Assembly (NCBI GenBank): GCA_951406725.2
Contig: OX597828.1
Span: 36,580,001-36,644,000, forward strand
Origin: Octopus vulgaris
Taxonomy: Eukaryota
Direction of reading: 5' to 3'
DNA: 64,000 nt
Part shown: piece by piece, positions 13,282 to 24,829 of the stretch
How positions within the stretch are numbered: the stretch's first letter is position 1
How the letters are laid out: each line of letters opens with the position of its first letter
The notes under the pieces: model-generated
What the model was told of the DNA's origin: nothing
What the model saw: only the letters and a program-made list of their open reading frames with translations
Database searches by the model: none
Position numbers and translations under genes: made by a program

Positions 13282-13326
13282 TGTCCGGAAATCTTTCGTC
13301 ACACATCTGTGACCTCTTCAGCGACA
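13282..13326 (-). ncRNA. Hammerhead-like motif with intact core boxes in MAP2K5 intron 1
   Basis: tgtcg-CTGAAGA-g-gtcaca gatg tgtgac-GAAA-gatt-TC-cggaca; stems I and III weak. Confidence 0.45.
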
Positions 13327-13457
13327 CTTCCGTTCTAGTGTGTGCTGTTGTTTCGCTTGACTAGTATAATTTAACCCCTTTCATACCAACCTGCCAGGGA
13401 CTGCCTTTAGTCTTATAAATTAAAACAGTCCATAAAAATTTTAAGTTAATTTACATA

Positions 13458-13850
13458 GGCGTAGGAGTGGCTGTGTGGTAAGTAGCTTGCTTACCAACCA
13501 CATGGTTACGGGTTCAGTCCCACTGCGTGGCACCTTGGGCAAGTGTCTTCTACTATAGCCACGGGCCGACCAAATCCTTGTGAGTAGATTTTATAGACGG
13601 AAACTGAAAAAAGCCCGTCGTATATATATGTGTGTGTGTGTATATGTTTGTATGTCTGTGTTTGTCCCCGCACCATCGCTTGACAACCAATGCTGGTGTG
13701 TTTATGTCCCCGAAACTTAGCGGTTTGGTAAAAGAGACCAACAATCAGTACTAGGCTTACAAAGAATAAGTACTGGGATTGATTTGCTTGACTAAAGGCA
13801 GTGCTCCAGCATGGCTGCAGTCAAATGACTGAAAGAAGTAAAATAATAAA
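13458..13850 (+). mobile_element. tRNA-derived SINE family A, near full length
   Basis: A/B-box-like head, ccttgggcaagtg core, microsatellite, A-rich tail. Confidence 0.88.
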
Positions 13851-14004
13851 ACAATCCCAAACACCAACTTAATTACTAAATCCTTCATAATTGTCAAGAT
13901 TTATTGAAACAAAATCAGTGCATTTCAACAGAAATTTGGTGACAAAAGCATTAAAATTAATTAGTAGAATAATTGTTAGTAAGTTTTTAAACCTTTGGTT
14001 GTGG

Positions 14005-14048
<44 letters not shown>

Positions 14049-14617
14049 GGAGAGTTTACAAAAAAAACAAGATGAAGACAGGTGGTGTATAAAACAAACA
14101 GATGTATTAGTATAACGCTCAGGAATAGAAAAAGTCTTTAACGTTTCAAGCCTACGCTCTTCTACAGAAAGGGACACAGAAAAAAAAAGGAGAGAAAAAA
14201 AATGTGTGTAGTGGTTAACAATCTATGATGGTGACTAATATATAAGATTAATCAGCCGAAATTGCGAGGATGATCCGGTTCTTGACTGATGATTAGAGGC
14301 TTTGAATGACCTGTCCGTTTTCGTATTGTCTATTTGAATGTTTTGCGTTCTTGTCCCATTTTGTATTTTTATGTATATTTTTATACACACACATATATAT
14401 ATATATATATATACACACATACATACATCATCACCACCACCACCACCATCATCATTATTATTATTTAATGTCTGTTTTCCATACTGGGTTAGGCCATTTG
14501 ACAGGAGCTGGTCAGCTGCCCGGACTCCATTATCTGTTTTGGGATGGTTTCTCAGGTTGGATACCCTTCCTAATGCCAACCACATTACAGAGTGTACTGG
14601 GTGCTTTTATGCAGCAC

Positions 14618-14931
14618 TGGAAGCGCCATCCAACCAAAATGCAAATATATGGGAAATTACCACCTGTGTCATCTCTTGTGAAAGGTAGGAGAGTCCAGTT
14701 TGCTGGACATTGTTGTAGAGCTGAAAAAGAAGTAATTTCTACTCTTCTCCTCTGGAAGCCATCTGCTCGCAATACCAGAGGGCGCACACTCTCCTACCCT
14801 GATGTAATCTCCAGGGATACAGGCATCCAGCAACAGGACCTCCGTAATGCTATGATGGACCGTGAAGTCTGGCGTAACATGGTAAATTCCATTGTCTCGA
14901 CCACGGTCGAACAATGATGAATGATGATGAT
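14618..14931 (+). mobile_element. RTE-clade LINE 3' fragment
   Basis: WKRHPTKMQIYGKLPPVSSLVKGRRVQFAGHC...AMMDREVWR, then a (TGA)n tail. Confidence 0.8.
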
Positions 14932-15129
14932 GGCACAGGTGCATTTACATGGCACCAGTATGGGAGCTTTTTATGAGGCACCAGTACCCATGTGCCCCAG
15001 CTGGGGAGGGATGCAATGGACAAGCTTGTATGCAAAGACAACCATACTTTTACTTAGCTTGGCCTGTTTTCTCAAGCAAACCAGCCACCAATGAAATGAA
15101 CAGGGCTTGCATAACCTGATCCACAGTTC

Positions 15130-15430
15130 CTTGTACTCAGCACTGGGTTTGAAAGAAATTAAATGAGTCTAGAGTGTATAGGCAGTGGTGGACACTGGTT
15201 GTTGTCTGTCATGCCTCATGGTATGGTTATGTGGAGTGTACGGATAAGGACAGATTCATAAAGAAGTACCATTCTCTAATGCTGGAGGGACCCTGTGGAA
15301 GTAGTAGACCCAGGAGACATGGGATGAAGTGGTAAGGAATGATCTTCAGATGTTGAGCCTCACAGAGGACAAGGGACTAAGATCTCTGGCGATTTGCTGC
15401 GCTTGAGAAGACATGTTGAGCTAAGTAAAA
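15130..15430 (+). mobile_element. Decayed RTE-like LINE 3' fragment
   Basis: WYGYVE and GTCG.RPRRTWDEVVR-like remnants across frames. Confidence 0.5.
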
Positions 15431-17026
15431 TTGTGGTCATCCATACATGCAGGCATGCTCTTTATGATCATAACACTCCACCACTCACACACAATCTGTC
15501 ATCTTCCCAACATCCTCCCATTCCACTACCCATGATCACCACCCATTGCAGGCCCCTCTGCTCTCCCTCACATGCATATCTACACACTCTCCATATCCCA
15601 CCTCAGCCAATCCATTTTCTCGTACCATCACTTGTCTTCTTCATCTCTAAACATCTCCCCCACCACATTTATGGAACATAACCCTCTGGATCTGACCATT
15701 TTAAATGCTAAAGGGTTAACTTGCCACTCTGTTTACCATAAAGATCTGACTTTGGGTGGCTTTAGGAATTTTCACTCTGTTGCAACCATTTGGGCAAAAT
15801 ATCTGATCTGAAGTTATCTTCTTCCATTTCTCTTATCCATCTCTGAAACACTGCAAACTGCTTCTCCTCTTTTAACTAAGCCATCAAAAATCTTGTATAT
15901 TTCACAGTAATGGAATCACTTCCCTCTACAGATACAACAATAGTAAATGATAATTTATGTACAATAATGGTGCAGCTCTGAATTTTTTTGCAATAAAGCT
16001 GCATAAAACACATGCATTTGTTGTATTGTTCTAACTGCAGTTGAAGACTGCTTCAACACTGCAGTAATTTACTTGACATCGATGATGATGATGATGATGA
16101 TGTTTTAATGTTGAATTTCCATGCTGACATGTGGGTCAGATGGTTCACTGGATGTGCCAGGCTGGAGGATGGTGTTGTGCCCCATAAATCTATTGCGCGT
16201 ATGATTTCTACGGCTGGATAGAAACCTTACTAATACCAACCACTCTACAGTGCTTCTTTAGTACTAGCACTAGTGAGGCTGACGACATGTAGCTTACAAG
16301 ACTAAGATTGCCTTTGATTGTGCGGGACTACAAGAGAGATGGAGGCAGCTTTGTGCTTGGTAATTCTGCAAGTTTAATGAAGTATAAAAAGTGTTCAGGA
16401 ATCCCTGTTTAGGGAAAGCAAATTATAGGATTATAGGATTGTAGTCATTAACTATAAGTCAACCGTGATCAAGCAAACCAGTTACCAAAAACTTTTTTGG
16501 CATAACTATTCTGTATTCTTATGGGTTTCTAAAACCGTGAAATCTAATATGTCTTCAGTTGCTTTTAAGATGATAGGATTAGATTGTCTGTTGTATCTAG
16601 CAAGATCAAACACCATGTAGAGTTGCATGCCATCGTTGAAAAACCAGTCAACACATTTTGACTGTATTTTGAACAGGTGTCAAGCATGCTATATTCTAAA
16701 GGTTTAATTACTGATTGGTATAATTATTCTAGGAATTGTTTATGTGAATTATTCTGACATAATCTAATTTATCACTTTTACTTATTATCCAACAATCAAT
16801 GTGTTAATATGTGTATACCCGTGAACAACAGAGTTGCATGTGCTTACGTATTTGTATGAGTGATGTCACACACACAAATACAAGAACTTGTTGTCAAAGT
16901 TTATGGGCAATAAATTGGTTACACTTCTAAACTATGCTATAAGGTATTAAACATTCGATTTAATATAGGGACTTTCTCCATTCACTGTTATTTTGTCTAT
17001 GTTTATAAACGAGTATTTGAAAAAGA

Positions 17027-17362
17027 GGAGGCGCAATGGCCCAGTGGTTAGGGCAGCGGACTCGCGGTTTCGATTCCCAGACCGGGCGTTGTGAGTGTTT
17101 ATTGAGCGAAAACACCTAAAGCTCCACGAGGCTCCGGCAGGGGGTGGTGGTGATCCCTGCTGTACCCTTTCACCACAACTTTCTCTCACTCTTACTTCCT
17201 GTTTCTGTTGTACCTGTATTTCAAAGGGCCAGCCTTGTCACACTCTGTGTCACGCTGAATATCCCCGAGAACTACGTTAATTACACGTTAATTTCACGAG
17301 CAGGCTGTTCCGTTGATTCGGATCAACCGGAACCCTCACCGTCGTAACCGACGGAGTGCTTC
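17027..17362 (+). mobile_element. tRNA-derived SINE family C
   Basis: ggaggcgcaatggcccagtggttagggcagcggactcgcgg...ttcgattccc head; same family at 34063-34365 and 50436-50770. Confidence 0.85.
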
Positions 17363-17626
17363 CATCCATTTGAAAAAGAAAAAAAAAAATCGATAATTTA
17401 AACACACATTATAAAGAGAAGAAAGTTATCAAAATATCATTGGAAGTGTGTGTTGGCGAGTTCATGTGAAAATATATTGACATGTAATAATGTTTATGGT
17501 CTAAACTTGTAAACATACCAGAACATAAGCCTATATGTTTAGATGTCATACGAATGTTTATTTTGATATTTGTACATGTAAATGATGCGATCACACAATT
17601 CTATGTATGTGTGCGTGTGTGTTAGC

Positions 17627-17661
<35 letters not shown>

Positions 17662-17731
17662 AGCACACACCCACAATTCTTCCTCCCCTTCATGTCGATC
17701 GAATAAAATGTAACATTGAAAAGACACTCAC

Positions 17732-17830
17732 TAAAGATTGTCTAAACGTCATCAGATCAGGTCGAACCATCCAATCCATGTCTTGTTCCGTCTCAGTTCG
17801 AATCCGTATTGTCAATAATGGTAGACTCAT
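17732..17830 (-). CDS. MAP2K5: MAP2K5/MEK5 first coding exon (PB1 N-terminus)
   Basis: ATG at 17830; translates MSLPLLTIRIRTETEQDMDWMVRPDLMTFRQSL (99 nt, phase 0) then a GTGAGT donor; resembles vertebrate MEK5 VLVIRIKIPNSGAVDWTV...LLFRDVL. Confidence 0.88.
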
Positions 17831-18346
17831 TTCTCATGTGGTTGTTTTTATTTTCATCGATGAACAGATTACAAACACCAACACAAGAAATAAAACTTAC
17901 CCGGAAACGGTGATTCAGCAAAAACCATCCCAATAGGCAAACATTACCGGTTATATCATCTGATGAAATTTTGTGCTATAAAGTAGAATTAAAGAATATA
18001 TGAAAATACAACAAGCATTAGAGCTAACGTGGAAGCAGATACAATACGTTAGGCATGGTCGCTCAACCTACAAGAAAATAGCAGCCAAATTTTCAAACTA
18101 TACGAATGTATGATAAGTAATATAAGTAAAGTTTAAGACGGAATTTTGGAGTTGCTATTATTACCATATAGGGATAAAAGAAAGAAAGAAAGAAAGAAAA
18201 AACACATAGAAGTGGAGGTCAGAAACGAATGACATTTGAAAAAAAAACCAGGGCGATGCTTCGGTATATGTACACACGTGACTTTGTTTACATTTCTGAA
18301 GATAGCAGAAACTCTTTTCTCCCACCCCTAACCCTAACCCTAACCC

Positions 18347-18757
18347 GGATCTTTTCGGTTTGAACGGCAGTTTTTTCTAGCGGTGTCATATGAAATTGTC
18401 ACCCATAATTATGACCCTAGTATCGATCTATTGTATTTCAATCTCTTTTAGGGTTAGTTAGGGTTAGGGTTAGGGGTGGAGGGAAGGGTATCTTCACAAA
18501 TGTAAATAAACCCAATCTGTTTCTTAAATGAGGGACATATTCATACGGCACAGAATGTTGTTTACCTCAATGGACGTCAGTGATTGGTTGAAATTGCAGA
18601 AAAAAAAAACAACCAATCTCTTACAAACTATAGAATTTTCTCAATAAAGCCAAGAGAAAAAGATGTTTTATAAACACATTCTACCAGTATACGAAGTTTA
18701 AAATTTTTTAGTTACCTAGAAATTATGTTAAAAACTGCCGTTCAAACAGAAAGATCC
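18347..18757. mobile_element. MITE with GG termini and 8-bp TSD (Merlin-like), inserted in a CCCTAA array
   Basis: TIR ggatcttttcggtttgaacggcagttttt / aaaaactgccgttcaaacagaaagatcc; cctaaccc on both flanks; related end at about 20320-20580. Confidence 0.7.
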
Positions 18758-18810
18758 CCTAACCCTAACCCCCCATATATAAAAAAAAACCCCACTTTTT
18801 TTAAATGTAT

Positions 18811-19200
18811 CCGGTACTTCCGGTACTTACACCGGTATATATACCGAAGGTTCGCCAAAATCAGAATTGGAATTCCTATTCTATGAAGCAAAAAATGAAA
18901 ATAAGAAAATCCATTAAAGAGGGCACAGGTAACTAAAGTACACACACTCACAAACATATTCATATAGGAGACGAGCCAAGAATTGAATATTCTTTTTTTT
19001 TTTTTTTTCTGTTGGTGATCTTTGGTAAAAGTCACATAAATGCCGCAATCAACGCCTGATTGTTTGGCATTTTCTGTAAAGAATTTGTTTACTTATTGAC
19101 CTTTATTTTCATGTCCTGTTGAAACCGTCATTAACTTTCGAGTCTGCGAGGGAGCTGACAAGCGAAACACAGGTTCGCACACACACGGATTTTCAGATAT
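18811..19200 (-). promoter_or_regulatory. Candidate MAP2K5 promoter / non-coding first exon
   Basis: Non-repetitive, relatively CpG-containing stretch about 1 kb upstream of the ATG; GTAAGT donor at 18830-18825; ETS-type CCGGAAGT at 18823-18816; candidate acceptor tttatAG at 17977-17976. Confidence 0.35.
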
Positions 19201-19329
19201 TACACATTCATATCTATGTGTATGCGTAGGTATACGTATATATGAATGCATCCCCACTATTAGTACTATTTTGTTACGCGCATCTTGTAAACAGTATGAA
19301 CTGTGTCTAAAGCGGATACGCATGGTGTA

Positions 19330-19792
19330 TCCGAAAGAGTGTGTCTGTAGAACAAGAATGGAAGGTTCTGTGACAGGGTCCTTCGTCTCCGGCCCCGGTT
19401 TGCTATCTTACTTCAAATACCATCTGAAGAGCAAGATGGGGTTGGAGAGGAGAACCCTGCCGCCGAGTGAATATGAGCAACGATGGAAGGATGTGATGGA
19501 AATGGTGGGTGTTAGTAACCCAGCTTAATCACCGAGGAAAGGAAAAGCGAGCTGCTGGGCCTTATAGGCTGCCGGGTTCATTCTTTTTCCTTCTTTGTAT
19601 TCTTTGCTTCTTCTGTTTCTGGTTTTATTTAAAAAAAAATTCTAGTGAAAAGCTTTTAAATTAATTATTTTATTAAATTATATATAAGTAATTTTTTATT
19701 ATAATCATTCGAACTCATCCAACATTTTGTATTTGTCTGTCTTGTAATGCCCCATTCTCTGTTCCAATCCTATGTGATCCTAATAAAGATTT
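19330..19792 (+). mobile_element. 5'-truncated Tx1/L1-clade LINE (ORF2 C-terminus + 3' UTR)
   Basis: RTRMEG...FVSGPGLLSYFKYHLKSKMGLERR...RWKDV matches the ORF2 end of the 43-48 kb element; ends aataaag. Confidence 0.85.
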
Positions 19793-19941
19793 CATCACTC
19801 CGCTATACACATACAGTTTGTAAACATGACAAGTAAATAAACACGTAGATGGGCGATCTTTCGTTACAAGAATGAATGCCCAAACGTGAAATTTAACAAA
19901 GTGAATATCGCCTCGTCTTTGGACACACGCGGGGATCCGAA

Positions 19942-20318
19942 ATGGCGGCCCCCGTCGCCGTACAGATGAATCTACATCCGACCATGAAGTGGGATGCCGA
20001 AGATATAATGGAAGCGTTCAAGAAATTCAACAAATTCAAACAGAAAACTCAACTGGCTTTCAAAAGCTTCCTGGGAGGTACAACTGCCGATGAAAAGGTA
20101 AGCTACATCCTTTTATGGACGTGAGAGAAAGGCCTACACCTATTCAATAGTTCAAACATGTCAGAATCGGATTGCAATAATCCAGACACACCTTTAGAGA
20201 AATTTGAAAGGCACCTAGAGCCCAGATCAAACCATGGAATTCATAGGTACGAATTCCAGGGCCTGAAACAAAACCGACAAAAAACGATTGACAGCTTCCT
20301 GTCCAGACTAAAGAACGT
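19942..20318 (+). pseudogene. Gypsy-type gag fragment
   Basis: MAAP...FKQKTQLAF...EKVSYILLWT*EKGL...FERHLEPRSNH...FQGLKQ...IDSFLSRLK with one in-frame stop; truncated by a MITE end. Confidence 0.65.
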
Positions 20319-20585
20319 TGGGATCTTTTCACTTTGACCGGCAGATTTTTAAAATAATTTCTTTGTAACTAAACACTTTTAAACTTTGTATACTGGTAGA
20401 ATGTGTCACATAAAACATCTTTTTCTCTTGGCGTTCTTCAGAAAATTCTGTAGTTTGTAAGCTATTTCTTGTTTAATTTCTCGTATTTAGGCAATTTCAA
20501 TTCAACCAATCAATGACGTCTATTGAGGTGAATACAATTACTGCTGTTGTTTGTCAACAAGTTCAACAAAAACTTCCGGCGGAAG

Positions 20586-21500
20586 GACATAAAAAAAAAC
20601 GTTGAACACAATGAGAAACGAAAACATAAAAACAAAAACATGGGAACGAACTTTTTTTCAAACAACGAAAAAAAAAAACAGAGTACAAGACATTCAACAC
20701 AAGGAAAATTACCCTTCTTCAGTTGTCCCTGTTTCGTCTACTCCGCATTCCGAAGGTAAGGACAAGACGCGACTTCGTTGAAACAGCCCTTTCCGTAAAG
20801 CAAATTAAATAAAATTTGGGATGATTTGCGGAGGGGTAAAAGTAGTAACAAGAACAGAACAGTAAGAACAAAACAATACAAGTAAAAACAGTAAAAGACA
20901 GGGACGAAGAGTATAACACAGTAAAAACAAAGGATGAGGGTTGTTAAGCCAAGACGATGGAAAAATTATTTTGAACGCATTAAGGAGACAGCTTATGAGA
21001 GAGACAGGATAAGCCGTCTGGTCTCGGTGAAGAGAGCAGTTGGAAAGATGGCTTCCCTCTGGTCACGTGTCAGTGTCGAGGAGGAGTAAGAGATAGGGAA
21101 CGGTGAAGGGGAGAGGAGAAGAATAGGGAAGGGTGGGAGAGAAAACCAGAAAGGATGAAGAACAAGAGAGGGAGAGAGATAGACAGAGGAGAATTAGTAA
21201 AAATTGAAGAGTGCGCATCATAATAATTAAGATAAAACTTACTTGGAAAAGGATGCGTGACGTTCGGTCACACAATATATAAATAATATATAAATATATG
21301 CATATATACATACATATATGTACACACCTACATCTACATGTATATATACATGCATATATGGGCACAGGACATCAAAAAAACCTTGAACACAATGAGAAAC
21401 GAAAACATAAAAACTAAAACATGGAAACGAACTTTTTTCAAACAACAACAAAAAAACCCAGAGTACCCACACACCATATACACCATACACACACACATAT
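20586..21500 (-). repeat. Non-coding interspersed element with terminal direct redundancy (about 780-bp unit, about 1.1 copies)
   Basis: 20586-20665 recurs at 21366-21450; inverted homolog at 62465-63460. Confidence 0.75.
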
Positions 21501-21516
21501 ATATGTATGAATATCA

Positions 21517-21581
<65 letters not shown>

Positions 21582-21603
21582 TATGAAAAGGAACACACGA
21601 GTT

Positions 21604-21904
21604 GATATATATGAAAAAATAAGTCAAAATAGAAAATGCTAAACTAATTTTATAAAGAACATTTCAATACCGGTTTCAGTACAGGTTCACAAGTGTGAAC
21701 AAGAGAGACAGAGCAAGACAGAAACAAAGAAAATGCCACTTATATTTGAACACTATACAAATATTCCTTTAAAAAAACATTTCTTTTAATTTTTCTAAAT
21801 TTAATTATTTAATCGTTACAGTTGAAAAGGTCTCAAAATGACTGAAGCCGGTACTGAAATGTTCTTCAGAAAATTATTTTAGCATTCTCTATTCTGACTT
21901 ATTT

Positions 21905-21916
<12 letters not shown>
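21604..21916. repeat. Inverted-repeat module (Penelope pLTR-like) between (TA)n tracts
   Basis: Arms 21604-21679 and 21841-21916; degenerate hammerhead at 21819-21856. Confidence 0.65.
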
Positions 21917-21978
<62 letters not shown>

Positions 21979-22022
21979 CCTCGTGAGCACCGCCAGCAAT
22001 TTTTTTCCTCTGTCTTCCCTTC

Positions 22023-22070
<48 letters not shown>

Positions 22071-22323
22071 CGTGTGTGTGTATATAAATATATATATATA
22101 TTTATATATAAGTATATATATATATATATATACATATATTATGTGTGTATATAAGTAGATATATATATATATATATATATACATATATATATGAATATGC
22201 GTGTATAAGTATATATATATACACATATATATACATATATATATATAAGTATATATATATACACACACACACACTTACACACATACACACACACATATAC
22301 ATACATATTATTTACTAATCATA

Positions 22324-22627
22324 GGCGCAAGAGTGGCTGTGTGGTAAGTAGCTTACTTACCAACCACATGGTTCCGAGTTCAGTCCCACTCCATGGCACC
22401 TTGGGGAAGTGTCTTCTACTATATATAGCCTCGGGTCGACCAAAGCCTTGTGAGTTGATTTGGTAGACGGAAACTGAAAGAAGCTCGTTGTATATATGTA
22501 TAATTATATATATCTGTGTGTTTGTGTGTACCCCTCCCACCAACATCGCTTGACAACCAATGCTGGTGTGTTTACGTCTCCCGTAACTTAGCGGTTCGGC
22601 AAAAAAGAGACCGATAGAATAAGTACT
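22324..22627 (+). mobile_element. tRNA-derived SINE family A copy
   Basis: Aligns by eye to the 13458 copy; 3' truncated into (TA)n. Confidence 0.85.
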
Positions 22628-22723
22628 ATATATATACTGTGTGTATTAAATAATATTTATTTCTTAGCAAATGGAGTAGTTTTTTGTTAATCTTACCAGC
22701 ACGGCACAGTACACACACACACA

Positions 22724-22783
<60 letters not shown>

Positions 22784-23429
22784 ATAATAATAATATAAAA
22801 ATAACAGGAACCAAGAGGTGGAACGAAACGACGAATCGGAACGAACCTGACGCGGGGCGCTGTCAGACAATAATGTGATAAATAAAAATATATGCATACA
22901 TACAAACATATATGTACGTACCTACATCTACATGTATATATACATGCATATATAAATAATTATACGTGAGTACAGGACACCACAATAAGACGTAGAAACG
23001 GAAAAAACAAAAAAACAAGAAAACGAAAAAACAAAAAACAAGAAAACGAAAAAAACAGTTACAGGACGTATATATATATATCAACAACAACAACAGACAG
23101 CCGCTCTTCAATACTAATACGACTGAAGTCCTTATTAGACTCTACAAACAAGAGTTCTTCATAATCCAGATATTGACACTCTTCATTTCTTCTAAGTACC
23201 ACAACTGACCCACTTTCATCAATGCCATCATGTTCTGCTGCTATTATCATTATCACAACTAAACAACAACAATATAACAGCCACAGTCACTTCTCAAAAC
23301 TAGCGCAGTTGATGACCTATTAGACAACACTGTCAAGAGTTTCTCTACAGTCAAGCTACACAAATTCCTCTCGGAATTACACAAGAGACCCATCTCACCA
23401 TTGTTGTCCTATTATGCTGTTGTTATCTG

Positions 23430-23664
23430 TTTTTTTTTTTACTAACCATAAGGGGCTAAACACAGAGGAGACAAACAAGGAGAGACAAACGGATTAATGC
23501 GATTATATCGACCCCAGTGCATAACTGGTACTTAATTTATCGACCCCGAAAGGATGAAAGGCAAAGTCGACCTCGGCGGAATTTGAAATAAGGAACTTAA
23601 CGGCAGACGAAATACGGCTACGCATTTCGCCCGGCGTGCTAACGATTCTGCCAGCTCGTCGCCT
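23430..23664 (-). mobile_element. SINE family B (Nin/Deu-like central domain) with Tx1-type tail
   Basis: ggcgacgagctggcagaatcgttagc head; gccgaggtcgactttgcctttcatcc domain; tail ...tttagccccttatgg + poly(A). Confidence 0.85.
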
Positions 23665-24089
23665 TCTTCATTTCTTCTAAGTACCACAACTGACCCACTT
23701 TCATCAATGCCATCATGTTCTGCTGCTATTATCATTATCACAACTAAACAATTCTGCTGTTAATATCATTACCACTCCTACAATGTCATTTAGAGAAGTG
23801 TTATCTCCTCCTCGTCCTCTTCCCCTTCCCCACCATCACACTCTAGAATTAGCCAAACCTCATTTATCAAAATTTCAGATTCTGCAATACAGAGGGTATA
23901 CATACAAATCACATTATTTGACACCAGATTATTTCACACGGTAAATCAGCATGCTAATGGCATTTGACATGTAATCATATCAAATGAGACATCTTTCATG
24001 AGGCACATCACCAAATTGACCTCTAAAATGCAAACATTTCATAGAATAGATCCTACAAGCCTTTGTGACAAAAGAACCGATAGTTAAGT

Positions 24090-24520
24090 TATCTCTATGG
24101 AAAACCCTAGTACTGAGCAAATTAGATTACTGCTCGCAGCTTTGGTCTCCTATCTCATCAGGTCTCACAGAAGAAACTGAGGGGTTACAAAGAACGTTAA
24201 AAGCCTTAATTACTGGTAACGTTTGAAAGCGTTGTGTCTCTACTCTACTGAATGCCGAAGAGAGAAATATACTATCACATACGTGTGGAACATCTTGGAG
24301 GCGCATGTTCCAAACTTCGGCGTTTGAGAGAATTTTAATGCATATACTGTTAGATTTTGTCAGCTTCCAAATATACTACCATGGTAACCACAAGTAAAAG
24401 CACTCTGTTGTATCAGTTTGATATTTAGAGACCTTCAGCTGTTCAACTGCCAATCTAAAGTAATCATAAATATATAAGAAATCTCTGTTGAAATATTGAA
24501 AGGAAGACATTGGATTAACT
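24090..24520 (+). mobile_element. Decayed CR1/L2-group LINE 3' fragment
   Basis: LKALNYW*RLKALCLYSTECRREKYTITYVWNILEAHVPNFGV. Confidence 0.55.
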
Positions 24521-24787
24521 CCTAATGATAATGCTCTACCGGTCAGCCATTCAGGAATGCACTCAGGAGAAATCAGCTGCCACAAACACAATCACAGACC
24601 AACTTTCAGCCATAAAGACGTGACACAACTGGTGTGTTTACGTTCCCGTAACATAGCAGTTCGTCAAAAGAGAATAAGTACTAAGTTTAAAAATAAGCTC
24701 TGGAGTCAATTTGTTCGACTAAAACCCTTCAAGGCTCCGGCATAGCCGCAGTCAAATGACTGAAATATGTAAAATAATAAAAGAACA

Positions 24788-24825
<38 letters not shown>

Positions 24826-24829
24826 GTAG

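Noticed and set aside
13458-13535. tRNA gene (also the heads at 17027, 34063 and 50436)
   Set aside because: tRNA-like A/B boxes continue into SINE bodies, with no proper acceptor stem or terminator
18325-18480. Telomere or chromosome-fusion site
   Set aside because: Only 3-4 units per run, explained by a MITE and its host repeat
21879-22302. YIYI/CVCV/HTHT-rich ORFs here and at 34.6-35.0, 35.7-36.4, 38.4-39.4, 54.3-54.7 and 61.6-63.6 kb
   Set aside because: Translations of (TA)n, (CA)n and (TATG)n microsatellites
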